In this document: piece after piece, positions 26,191 through 38,379 of the stretch
How positions within the stretch are numbered: position 1 is the first letter of the stretch
Layout of the letters: each line of letters opens with the position of its first letter
Assembly (NCBI RefSeq): GCF_004010195.1
Contig: NC_057759.1
Coordinates: forward strand, 1,681,069-1,745,068
DNA: 64,000 bases
From: Chiloscyllium plagiosum
Lineage: Eukaryota
Direction of reading: 5' to 3'
Notes under the pieces: model-generated
Seen by the model: only the letters and a program-made list of their open reading frames with translations
The model's database searches: none
Told to the model about the DNA's origin: nothing
Made by a program: the position numbers and the translations under genes

Positions 26191-26661
26191 CTAAAAGAGA
26201 ACTTCATGCTTTTCACGTGTGTTCCCCCTTGTGTGACAGAGGCAATCGATTTGGAATTTCACTAACTAAACCTTCCAGTATTTAAATCTTTCGGTATCAA
26301 TATAAAACATACATTCGATGCAACATGTACTCCTTACTTCACCTCACTTCATTTGATTTTACTTCACCTGAATTCAATTCAGATTTAATTGTATCTCTAA
26401 CATTATAAGTTCAGCGTGAAACAAATGTTGCCCCGATTTAATTGAATTGAGCAACAGTGCTCTCAGTGTAGATCTTGCTGCTTTGTCTTCTCTAAAGATA
26501 ACTTCTCAAATATTGGTCTTGAGGGTTCACTCCCGAACAATCCTTTGTTCTGGTGACTTTTATCTCAAAGTGTGCCCGTTCTTCTAGAAACTTGTTGGCA
26601 CTTAATCCATGAATTGACCAATCTCTGATCACAATGTCCAATTCCAACCAATGATGCTTTA
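26191..26661 (-). pseudogene. Butyrophilin/B7-like IgV exon remnant, left copy (3' boundary uncertain)
   Basis: Fragments SIIGWNWTL*SEIGQF / KCQQVS / LNRGNICFTL. Interrupted by a simple-repeat expansion at ~26335-26385. Mirror of 53402-53827. Confidence 0.45.
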
Positions 26662-27956
26662 CTGTTAAACACATAGCAAATGATTACAAAGTGTCAAAAA
26701 CAGCCACATAATACTCCATTAGAGATAATAGTGATGACAGTTTGTCTAGAGCCAACCATAAAACATTCCTTATGTGGTCAATACAGGAAACCTCATGTAA
26801 CATATTACAGGATAGGTCACAACATACTCTGGATATAGTTGTAACCAAGATCAGAGTTTAAATGGAGCGGGACTCAAGTCACCGGAGTTTAGACGAATGA
26901 GAAGTGATCTCATTGAAACATACTCGGGATCAACAGGGTCAATGATGAGTGGATGATTGTCCCTCACGGGATAGTCTAGGACTAGATGGCACAGACTCAA
27001 AATAAAGGGGCACCAATAATGTACTGAGATGAGGAGAAATTTATTCTGTCAGAGGGTTAAGGGTCTTTGTCACAGACAGCTATGAAGCAGAGTCTTTAAG
27101 TATACTTAAGGCGACCATTGATAGTTTCTTTTCGTCAGGGAATCAAAGGTTATCGGGAAAGGGCAGGAAAGTGGACACAAGAAATATTGGATCAGTCAAG
27201 ATCTTATTAAATGATGGGGGATTCTCGATTGTGCGAAGGGTCTAATCCTGATCCTAATTCTTATGATTTTAGCGACCCAAACATTAACTCTGCTTTTAAA
27301 TCTCTACAGCCGCTGCCAGACCTGTTGAGTACATTCAGCCCTTATTTCTGTCCCAACCTGTTTAGCTATTGCTGATGAAAAAATCCCTTCATACCCGGGA
27401 CCACTTGAGTAAAACTTCTCTGAACTGCTTTCAAAGAAATTGTAAATTAGGGGAGCAAAATTGCTCACAGTGCTGCAGATGCGGTCTCCCCATCACTTTG
27501 CACAATTGCAGTAAGTCTTCCTTGCTCTTTTACTCCACTCCCCTTGAAATAAGAGCAAATACTCCATTTGCCTTCGTGATAAAGTCATTACAAAAGAGAT
27601 ACATGTTTTGGAGTAAGTGCTTGGCAATGCATTAAGTTCCAATCCACAGTCAGAACTAAACCGTACTATTGATAAATGGGAGAAGATGCAAAGTTCCAAA
27701 CTCACTGCTTGGCTTCTTTTCTTTATGGTTTGTCAAAACGTAATGCACATCAATTCATAAAATATTACTTGTGTTTGGCTGTCCTGTTTTCATGTATCTG
27801 GTCTTTAAGCACAACCATGTGCTGGGACCACAACGAAATGTATTTTAAAGACAACATTAGTCATCTGCTCTAAACAACATCAGGACACAAAACCATGCCC
27901 CAGGGACTTATTGGGAGGCCAATGGAATAACGCGCATTTATTCTTTTGAAACTCAC

Positions 27957-28030
27957 ATCTGCAAATGGAGGGACTGAAGTAATAGTGACAGTGACAACTG
28001 GGCAACATGGATGTCACAGTGAGTAATCTG
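27957..28030 (-). pseudogene. Candidate leader exon (74 bp) of the BTN/B7-like gene, left copy
   Basis: ttattttaacAG ... GTgagt. Hydrophobic read LSLSLLLQSLHLQ. Same length as paralog 51517-51590. Confidence 0.4.
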
Positions 28031-29059
28031 CTGTTAAAATAATATAAAATCATGCCAGTCTCGGAGGGGTTCCAAGCCTCTGGCGTTAATATCAGAGTTT
28101 GCCTGATGGACAGAATGAGAGAGAATTCTTTTGCCAAAAGCAGCTTTGAAAGATACGCAATGTTCTGAGTAATGTTAGTTGCGCCTCACTCTCCCGCGCC
28201 AGTCTCACTAGCAACAGTGTGACAGGACTCCACTTGCACAAGCAACACCGTTGAACTGAAATAGGAACTGACTGTGCACATTGTGTAACGGTTGGGCAAC
28301 GGAAGGCAAAAGGCAGACCAACCATAAGGAACGGTTTGTGGTATTTTTTAATCTGTCAACTTTCCACCTATGGTGGACAGGAGAGAATCGTGACTGTACG
28401 AGCCGCTCATCTTGAAGGCTTTTTTTTCCACTGATGAAGTTGATTTCCTCGATTTCTTGGAGCATTAATTAGCGCTTTTAAGGTTTTGCTTTATTGTTTG
28501 AACTTTCTAAAAATAGGAAAAAATATATTTTAAACAGGAGGAAGCAGAGAGAGCAGGAGTCATAGTTTCAGGAGAGATCACGTGGGAGGTCGCGGACTAG
28601 AGAACAACAAAAAAAAGTCAAAGTGGCCAAGTAGACAACTTTCACAGCTGAAAGACTGAGAACTTACAAGCTTCTGCAAATAGAATCTGGTTACAAAAAA
28701 CAGACACACAGTGAAAGTCCACAGTTGCCTTACAGAGACTTGAATATCGGAACTACTCACATCTGCGCGTATCAGCATTTCACAGCCTGATTAAATGCTT
28801 GTATTGAGGTTGATATATATATATGAAAGACTTGTCATTTTCTGAGTCTGTAGGTTAGTTGAAAAATTGGCCTTTGAATGATGTTCTCTATTGGATTAAC
28901 ATAGATCGGTTGCAATGGCGGGTAGAGGCAATGAGAAATTTATAGGAGCCTGGAATATGATGGATGGCAGATTCAAGAAGGTAGAAATATCACAGATGCA
29001 GTTGGGTAGTGAGGTTAACTCTGGGAAAGGTAGGAAAGGGAGGCAGGTAATGTAGGAGC

Positions 29060-29258
29060 CGAAAAGTGTGGCGTTGGAAGAGGACAGCAGGTCAGGCAAT
29101 ATCCGAACAGCAAGAGTTTCGAACATTCATGATGAACAGCTTTTGTTCAAAATGGCGACTGTCCTGTGCCTTGGATGCTGCCTGACCTGCTCTGCTTTTC
29201 CATCCCCACACTTTTCGACGCTGATCTCCAGCATCTGCAGTCTTCACTTTCTCCTCGA
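29060..29258 (+). mobile_element. Two-armed Penelope-derived short repeat (mirror 49230-49355 plus 50286-50365)
   Basis: Inverted cagcaggtcaggca / tgcctgacctgct arms around a decayed TGATGA...AAA core. The right copy retains CTGATGA-agggcttttattc-GAAAC on minus. Confidence 0.7.
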
Positions 29259-29261
29259 GTG

Positions 29262-30450
29262 TGCAGGAGTCTCCTGAGGCTATCGTCATTTCAAACAAGT
29301 ATGCAGTTTTGGTAAAAGTAGGAGGTCATTGATATTCAGGGGAATGTGGCACTGTGAGCAACGTTTCTGGTACTGAAACTGTCTCTGCTGTGCCAAGGGG
29401 TACTTCAGGTTCCAAGCGATTAATTGTGACAGGGGACTCGGTAGTCAGAGGCAAAGGCAGACGCTTCTGTGACTACCAGTAAGCCACCTGAATGATGTGT
29501 TGCCTCCCTGCTCTGAGGGTCAAGGCTGTCTCGGTGAGAGTGAACAATATTCGCAAAGGGCAGAAGCAGGTACTTTTACCGGATGGAGCCAATGATATAG
29601 AAAGAGAAAAAGACGATGTTCTGAAGTCAGAATATAGCAAACAAGAAAGGAGCATAAAAAGTATTTCCTCCACGTTAGTAATATCTGGATTACTCCTGGT
29701 GCCCCGTGTGACTGAGAGTAGAAATAGGAGAGAACAGTTTAATGTGTGGCTGAGGAGCTAGTGCAGGGAAGGTGAATACACATGTTTGGATAATTGGAAG
29801 CTCTTCCAGAAAAGATGTGACCTGTAGAACGAAAATGGTTGCACCTGAATTGGATGGGGAATAATGTGTTCGCAGGGAGGTTTGCTTGAGGCATTCATAG
29901 TCGGAGCTGGGTGGTATTTGGGGTTGGGGTGCAGGGCAATGTTGGTGCTGGGAACCAGAGAGCTATTGAGAAAAGAGATCTCCCTGAGTCAGTTGCATTT
30001 GAGAAAAGAAGTCAAACAATCAAAGCAGGTAGGAGCAATTCAAAGAATGAAGAAAGGTTAATTAATTAAACTGCATTACTGTCAATGCAGGAGGCATAAC
30101 AATTAAGATAAATGGACTCAGGACATGGTTGGGAGCATGGGAATGGGACACCGTGGTTATTACAAAAACGTGGCTCAGGGATGGACAGGACTGACAGCTC
30201 AATATTCCAGGCTATAGATGCTATGTGCAGGATAGAAAGTGGGAGGGGCAAGAGAGCAGCGGGAATGGCTTTTTGTCAGGGTAATCATTACGACTGTTCT
30301 TAGGGATGATATTTCGTAGAGAACATCCAGTGGAACTGAGATGTAAGAAAGGGATAATCGACATATTTGGACTGCATAATCGACCTTACAATAGCCGGCC
30401 AAAAACTGAGAAGCAAATTTGAAAGAGATCACAGTTATCTGTAAGAGTGG
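29262..30450 (+). mobile_element. 5' part of the same CR1 insertion in the left arm, truncated at the duplication boundary
   Basis: ORF 29492-29761 MMCCLPALRVKAVS...GANDI...VISGLLLVPR (CR1 ORF1 esterase-like). Mirror of 47995-49222. Confidence 0.85.
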
Positions 30451-30669
30451 TAGGGAGAATGTGGGTGTATGTTGGGGTCTGAATCTTCAGCTTCAGTAAA
30501 GTAACTGAGGGATATATCATGTACCCGTCTGTTGCTCAGTAACTGAATGTGGGATTTAGAATCAGAGAAAACTGCAGTACAGGAAAAGGCACTTTGGCGC
30601 ATTGACTTTGACGAATGTTCACTCAATACTTAACTAGCGAGTTTGTTCTTGCCAGCAGGCAGGATACGT

Positions 30670-30751
30670 AGAAGGGCTTATGCCCGAACCGTCAATTCTC
30701 CTGTTCCTTGGATGCTGCCTGACCTGCTGCGCTTTTCCAGCAACACATTTT
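30670..30751 (+). mobile_element. Same mini-element, 5'-truncated inside the ribozyme core
   Basis: agaagggcttatgcccgaaccgtc...caacacatttt. 14-bp TSD caggcaggatacgt (30656-30669) / caggcaggatatgt (30752-30765). Confidence 0.75.
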
Positions 30752-33700
30752 CAGGCAGGATATGTTCCCTAGTTATGGAATCAAGAACTAATGGTCAGTT
30801 TTAGGGTAAGGTAAAACATTTAGGACTGAGATGAGGAAACCATTTTAACTCATTTAACCATTCTTACTGCACTTGTGAAATTCTCTACCAGATAAGGATG
30901 TGGAGGCTGAGTCAGTAAACAGATACAATTCTTTAGATTTCAAATGCATCCTAGGATATGGGGATTTAGTGAAAACTGACATGGAGGATCATTCATGATC
31001 ATATTGAATAGTGGGCAAGTCAAATGGGCTGAGTGGTCTACTCCTACTCCTATTTTCTATTTAACGTACCGACAATAGTTTTTATTCTAAAGCTAATTAA
31101 AAGGGTTAATTAATTAATGGGTCTTTTAAATAGTGCCCATAACTTCATGGTATGGCCTGACAGGTGTGGGCTGTGGATTTCTGGGATTTACAAAGTTTCC
31201 AATTTCTTGTCTTTTGCTGAACATGTTCTTTTCTATGTAAATTTATCCGATTATTATGTGAATGTGTTTCACAATCTTTGACTGAGAGGTGGTCTTTTTG
31301 ATACATACTGGATTCAAATGGGACTGGACAAAATAGTGGAGACTGAGAAAGCTGGATTCTCCTTATGGAAGGTTTTAGGATTAAAAGACATGAACACAGA
31401 ATAAGAGGCTGCACATTTAAGGTAGAGATGAAACAGACAACTTTTTAAAGCAGTCAGTAAATGAAAGGTTTGGGGGAAAATGCAGGAACGAAGAGTAGAG
31501 GAGAATCAGATATATGACATCTAATGGGCTGAATGGCCTACTTCTGCTCCTATGGTCTTATTTCCATTTGGCTACACATGTATTTCCAACCCCTATCTTG
31601 CAATTGCTGTTATGAATGAGTAGTTGTTACTCTTAACCTCACAGTGTCCTGCTGCTATACCTTTCACTTCGTAACTATTTATCAGTATCTTGGAAATCTG
31701 GCCTAATCTGTCCTTTTTTGTTATTTTAATGACTTTGCTTTATTCAAAGTTTGTCTATCAATTTAAGTTCTGACTTGAAGGTTTTGAGCGCCACTTAAAC
31801 AGCAATGTGTTCTGTGAATGGGCTTTCCACTCTTTAACAAGTGTTATGCTACAAAGCTGTAGTGGAGGGTAAATTATAAGGAAGATGCAGAGATGCTTCA
31901 GTCTAAATTGGACAGGTTGAGTGAGTGTGAAAATGCATGACAGACAAAATATAACATGGGTGAATGAGACGTTATTCACTTTGGTATTAAAACAAATGAT
32001 GGCAGGTTATCTGAATAGCAACAGATTGGGATAGGCGGTGTTACAAGAAAGCTTGAATGTCATTATACACCAGTCACTGCAAGTAAACTTTCAGGTTCAG
32101 TAGCATGAATATATATTTTGCAAATTCCTCTGGCGAAAGGGATCAACGTGTTTCTGGAGGAATTGGGAAGACGTTACTATTTTGGATGATCAGCCATGAT
32201 AATATTGAAAGACTGAGAAGGCTCAAGGGGCTGAATGGACTATTGCTACTTCTATTTTTCTATGTTTCTCTGCTTCTAATTAATGTTACCTTCATAAACA
32301 TTCAAATTACTCAGTAACTCTCATAGGCTCCTTCAACACTATTTTTAAAACTCACAACCTCGACCACACCACAGGATAAGGATTGCATATATCTGTTACA
32401 TGATGTTCCATGAGTGAATGATTTTTTCTTCATAGAAATATATTGTTAGTGAATAGGGTGTTCACTTTTTTTATCTGTTACTTCTATTATTGTTGCTCAT
32501 TATTAGTACAGCTATATAACTGTTGACTATGTGTGTTAAAACCTTAGAAAGCAAAATAGAATTTCAACACAATCTCTTGGCTGAATAAACTTCTTTGTCA
32601 GAAAAAATCATGCTTAACTTTCCTGACTTTTGGTTGACAATCCCGAGGAAACAGTGAAGTCGAATGAAGGCAGAAAGTTAGTCATGAACACAGTGGATGG
32701 GAAATCGGCTTAATGGGTGAGAGTTTGGTCAGCTCCTACCTTATATCCTGTAGCATTTTGTCTTAATGAGAAAATTACCCATGATCCTGCTCTTCTCGTT
32801 TTCTTCCTGTTTTCTTATGTGATTTGTACAAGGCTGGTTCAGTCAGGAATTATTACCGATCCTAAATTATGCTTTGAACTGATACAACAGCCAAAGCAAA
32901 AATCACCAACTATGCCGTGTCAGTAACGAAGAGAAATGACGAGGGAGGAGCGGTGACGTGATCAATGTGGACTTCAGTAAGGCGGTCAAAATGTTTCTTC
33001 ATGGACGACTTGTTAGGAAGGCTAAATCAAATGAAATAAAGGGAGAACTAGCCATTTGGAAACACTGGCTGGGAGGAATGGTATGGGAATCACTTCAAAT
33101 ACAACTTATAGATTTGACAATTAAGGTTTAATTTCTCCGATTTTATAATTTTGGAAATTGATGCTTTCACACAAGTACAACATGTAATCGGGAAGGAAAA
33201 TGGAAGCTTAGCCCTTATTTAGCATAGACCATGGAACGCTCGATACTGTGCCGACCTGTGAAATTTATCTAACCCACACCATTTCTACGTTATCCAAATG
33301 TATATCTAAAGCCCATTTAAATGCCTTTAACAGCAGAGAGAGTACTATTTTTATAGGCAGGCCATTCCAAGCCCCTACTACACTGAGTAATGAAACTATT
33401 CTTGATATCTATCCTCAATCTATCACCCCTCAATTTAAAGCTAAGTTCCTCGTTTTAGCCTTCACCATCCGAAGTAAAAGACTCTCACTGCGCTACCTAA
33501 CACTCTGACTATCATTCCGTCTCGATTAAGTCACCTCCCAACCTTCTTCTCTCCAACGAAAACAGTCTCCGTTCCCTCAGCCTTTCCTTACAAGACTTTC
33601 CTTCCATACCAGGAAACATCCAGGTATATCTCCTCTAAACCCTTCACAAAGCGTCCACATCCTTCCTATAATGTGGTGACTAGAACTGTACCAGAACCAA

Positions 33701-33929
33701 ACCAGTAAATTTAAACTGGACGCTCACATATCCGGACAGGCTCCCCTGCTCCCTGTTGACCTCGTGACCTACCCGAATGCCTCCAGGAACTGAACAACGC
33801 CCAACCTGAAAGTAAGTACACTTAATTGGATACTCACGTATCCCGACCAACTCCACTGTTCTCTGGTGATCTCGTGAACTCTCTGACTGCCTCAATGAAC
33901 TGAATTTAGAGGGGGTTGGAGTACAGATG

Positions 33930-34451
33930 GAGGACAGATGCCGAACTGAATCCCTAAATACATGTAGAGCAGATGGACGACCTCTCCTTTGTGTGAACTC
34001 GCTGGTATTTCAGCAGTTTGGAGGAATTAGTGAATCCCTGCCCACAGTCAGAGCAGAATTGCCTCTCCCCAGTGTGAACCCGCTAGTGTCACAGCAGGTG
34101 GGATGTCTGAGTGAATCCGTTGCCACATTCAGAACAGGTAAACAGTTTTTCCACAGTTTGATTGCATCAGTGAGTTTCCAGCTCATTTGGGATCTGAATC
34201 CATTCCCACAGTATCCACGTTTCCACGATTTCTCTTTTTGAATCCGTTTATGTTTCGCGAGGTCACATGATCAGCTGAAAGCCTGTGCACAGACACAACT
34301 CATGCACTGGTTCTCATCACTGTCAATGGTGCTTTATCCTTCCATGATCAAAACCCAAAGAGATTCAGCTCACATTGAACAGGGCCAATTCGTGTATTCC
34401 TGATGTAATGTTTAGTTGCAGTTTCCGAAAGTGAATCTTCTTTCTAATATT
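33930..34451 (-). pseudogene. C2H2 zinc-finger pseudogene exon (about 4-5 decayed fingers)
   Basis: From ATG at 34345: [132 protein letters not shown] linker, multiple stops and a frameshift. Acceptor ccacAG at 34452-34453. Confidence 0.92.
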
Positions 34452-34829
34452 CTGTGGAATTGATTCAGAACAGAAATAAGGGAAGTGACAGTCTCCAGTA
34501 AAAAATGCAGTCATCTATCTGCGCCAATATCTCCTCATATGGTTTAGTGTGAAATATGTGAACATACAATCACATGAACGACAGCCCCCTCCTGCCTGCT
34601 CCCTTATTTAATCAGATCATAGTTGATCTGTTAATAAATCGAATTCTCAGCTACACCCAGTAACCTTACACAGACAGTCAAAGTCACATAAATCGCCAAT
34701 TAAAAGATCCCTGTCCTAAAACAGACAACCATCATTTTTAAAAGTGTTCCTCCATGTTGGATTTATCCAGAAGAAGAAATGACATGTCCACAGTCACCTT
34801 GTCAAAACCAATTCAGGATATTAGAACAA

Positions 34830-35830
34830 AAAGTATAAAGAACAAAGAGAGCGACAGCACAGGAACAGGCCTTTCAAGCCTGTGCTGATCACCATGCCCT
34901 TGTTAAACTAAAAGTCAAATGTTCTGCCTTTATTCTGGCGAATCTCACTATTCCCTCCCTAACCATGTAACCACCCAGATGCCGCTTAAATGTCAGCAAC
35001 ATGCTTGCTTCCACCAACTCTTTTGGCAGTGCATTCCAGGCTCTGACCATGCTCTGCGCGATAAGCCTCCCTCGCTCATCTCCCTTAAATGTTCCCCCTC
35101 TCATCTTGAACCTATGGCCCCTTGCAATAGATACTTCAACCCTGGGATAAAAGTCTCTGATTATCTCCCCTATCTCTGTCTTTCATTATTCTGTAGACGT
35201 CAATCAGGTGTCATCTCAACGTCGTCTTTCCAGAAAACAATCCTAGTTTTAAGATTTCCTCATAACCAATTCCCTCAAGACAAGGCAGCATCCTGGTAAA
35301 TTTTCACTGCATTCTCTCTAAAGTTTTCATGACCTTCTGGTATTTGGTGGCCAAAACTGCACACAATACTGCAAATGCGGCCTAACAAATGCTTTATATA
35401 GCTGCAACATGGTTTGCCAACTCTTTTATACCATGCCCCAGCCGATGAAGGCAACCATGCCATATTCCTGAAGAAGGGCTTATCCCCGAAACGTCGATTC
35501 TCCTGCTCCTTGGATGTTGCCTGACCTGCTGCGCTTTTCGAGCAACACATTTTTCAATCATGCCGTATGCCTTTTTCATCACCCTGGTCAATTTTGGGAA
35601 ATTGTGGACCTGCACATCTGTATGTTGATGTTCCTAGGGGTTTCTGCCATTTACAGTATTATTTACAACTAAATTTGAATCTCCAAACTGCATCATTTCG
35701 AATTTGTCTATAATAAATTCCATATACCATTTCTGTACACAATTGCCAATCTATCCATACCCTGTTGTATCATTTCAAAGTCGTTGGCACTATAAGCAAC
35801 TCCCCCAATCTTCGTGTCATCTGCAAACTT
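34830..35830 (-). mobile_element. CR1-type LINE 3' fragment carrying a nested hammerhead-core mini-element
   Basis: VRAWNALPKELVEASMLLTFKRHL (ORF 34889-35104), with the FADD region at ~35815-35830. Confidence 0.85.
35466..35554 (+). mobile_element. Penelope-derived mini-element with minimal hammerhead ribozyme core
   Basis: CTGAAGA-A-GGGcttatcCCC-GAAAC-GTC. 14-bp TSD caaccatgccatat (35452-35465) / caatcatgccgtat (35555-35568). Confidence 0.75.
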
Positions 35831-35999
35831 ACTAAGCAAATGTACTAATTGTTATGCACATTAGTCAAGTCACGCCTCAGTCTTCCACACTCATGTCCAC
35901 AAGCTCATCCTGTCCAAAAGAGTCTCATAAGACAACTTACTCATTCCAGATATTTGTCTGGTAAACGTCGACTGACTAAATCTAATAAATTTCCATCCT

Positions 36000-37610
36000 T
36001 CCTTAAAGGAGTTCACATTACAGAACTGGAAGTTCTGGAGGTCTAATACGCTATGAAGCTGGATAAATCTCTAGGACCTGATCCAATATATCCCGAAATG
36101 ACATGTGAAGTAAGTGAGGAAATTGTGGGACCCTTGCAGAAATATTTGCTCCATCTTTACTTTCATGTGAGGTATCTGATGACTGGAAGGTGTATATGCT
36201 GCGCCTTTGTTTTAAAAGGGTTCAAAGGAGAAACCAGGGAACTACAGACCAGTGAGTCTGACGTCGGGTGTGTAAGTTGCAGGAGCTGATTACAAATGAT
36301 ACGCATTACAAACATTTAGCGAAAAAAAATTGCTAGGGGCAGCTAGCATGGTTTTGTGCGGGAAAATTACGTCTCACAAATTTGATTAATTTTTTTTTAA
36401 GGAACTTACCCAAAAGATTGAGTAGGGCAAAACAGTAGATGTTGTTCACTTGCACTTTAGTAAAGCCTCTGACAAGCCTCCACATGGTCGACAAATTAGT
36501 AAAGTTAGGTCACATGGGATTCAAAGTGAGATTGCCAATTGAATAATAATTGGCTTAATCGCAGGAGAAAGTGTGTCGTGGTAGGAGGTTGCTTTTCGGA
36601 CTGGAGGCCTGTCAGCAGTGCTCCGAAGAAATCGATTCCAGTTCCTCTTTCGTTTGTCATTTCAATAAGCAATTTGGATGAAAATATTGAAAGTGTGGTG
36701 AGTAAGTTTGCACACGACAGCAAAATTGTTGGCATAGAAGCCAGTGAAGAAGGCTTTCTAAGCTAACAAAGGCATATTAATTTGAATAGCTCAATATAAC
36801 AGATGGAACTTAATTTGGGTAAATGTGAGAGATTGCATTTTGGTACAACAAACAGAGGCAGGACTTAGGTAATTCATGGTTGGGCCTTGGGTGGTTTTGT
36901 CGGGCAGAGGAATCTAGGCGTTCAGGTACATAATCCTTTAAAGTTTGTGTCACATATACAGAAGGTGGTAAAAGAGGCATTTAGTACCTTGTCTTCATTA
37001 CTCAGTCCTTAGAGTGCAGAAGTTGCAAAGTCATGTTGGGGTTTTACAGGACATCAGTGAGTCCTCTTCTTGAGTATTGCACCCAGTTCTGATCGGTCTG
37101 TTATAGAAAAGATATTTTTTCAGCTAGCGAGTGTTCAGAAGAGTTTTAACAGAATGTTGCTCTTTAGGGAAGGTTTGAGTTATAAAGAAAGGCTGAATAG
37201 GCTGGGATATTTTTCATTGGAGCGTAGAAGGTTGTGGGGTGTTCTAATAGAAGTTTACAAAATCCTGACGGATATAAATCGGGTTGCTGGTACTGTCCTT
37301 GCCTTTGAATGGGGTACCTCAAGACAAGGGTGCATATTTTTAAGGTGAGCAGAGAGAAACTTTAAAAAGTCATTGGGGCATTTTTTTTTTAACAAAGAGG
37401 GTGGTTCACGTGTGGAATGAACTTCCTGAGGTGGTGGATGTGGGCACAATTATAACATTTAAAAACACTAAGGCAAGTACATGGATAGGAAATCTTTGCA
37501 TGGATATGGACTAGAGGCTGACAGTTGGGGTTAGTTAAGTTTGGAATTATGCTCAGCATGCACTAGTTGGACTGTGTCTAGGTCTGTTACTGTGCTGTAT
37601 AACTCTATGG
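36000..37610 (+). mobile_element. CR1-type LINE RT and 3' end, decayed
   Basis: DKSLGPDPIYP, VSKFAHDSKIVG, LSYKERLNRLGYFSLERRRL, and tail actctatg. Confidence 0.9.
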
Positions 37611-38379
37611 AGACCAAATATGTACACTGTTTTGAAAATGTGCTCTCACCAATGTCTGTACAACTTAATTATGATTTCCTTTCTTTTCTGTTCAATTCCT
37701 CACGTGGGAGATGATTGGCCTTCTTCATTACTTCCTGTAACTACATACTATTCATCAAAATCCCTCTACACCTTCAAATTCTACAATTGACCTCCTAATT
37801 GTTTTTCCATTTTTTCGTGGAGAGAACAACTTCCGAATTTTCTAAACGACAACCCACCTGAAAATTTCATTGGAACAGTATTACGGACTGAATGCAGACA
37901 AATTAAGTCTTCTTAACAATAATATTTCTTTCCCAACATTGTACCATCTCAAAATGTAACAACCAGGAGTTAATTCCCTTCATCTAAATTATTGATGCAA
38001 ACTGTAAGAAATTGTGTGCTCAGTAGAACCCTGTGCGTCTCCAATTATGTCATCCTGACAATATAAAATAGACTTATTGATGAATACTCTCTGCTTTCTG
38101 CCAGCCACCCACGCTAGTTTGTTACCAAAAAATCGCTAGCCCCTATTTGAATGTGATACCTTGTGGAATGCCAAACTGAAATCCAAGTACAAAACATCAT
38201 CGGACTCCCTTTATTCACAGCTCGTCACTTCTCAAAGACTTCAGCTAAACTGGTTAAACACAATGAAGGAGCTGTTCCCCTTCATTGAATGTTAAAATAG
38301 AAAGGGTCATAATTTTAACATGAAAGGCAAGAGGTTTGGAGGAGATTTGGAAAAACATCTGTTTCTTTTACCCAGAGGC

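Larger units (their letters stand above)
14820..30450. repeat. Left arm of a ~15.6 kb inverted segmental duplication (mirror of 47995-63650)
   Basis: Collinear reverse-complement matches in unique sequence: 15480-16470 vs 61985-62960, 17640-17990 vs 60900-61280, 19384-19630 vs 59708-59964, 23400-23790 vs 57200-57600, 24250-24290 vs 56530-56572, 27850-28330 vs 51230-51700, 29263-30450 vs 47995-49222. Divergence is substantial, roughly a fifth to a quarter by eye. Confidence 0.95.

Noticed and set aside
27960..28025. GGTEVIVT followed by GTGAGT on plus as an antigen-receptor J segment
   Set aside because: There is no F/W-G-x-G motif, no heptamer/nonamer RSS upstream, and the donor is not conserved in the mirror copy.
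27880..28137. ORF ending GFVS* that is similar in both arms (with 51443-51664)
   Set aside because: The similarity follows from DNA-level paralogy. The ORF crosses predicted splice sites and has no recognisable domain.
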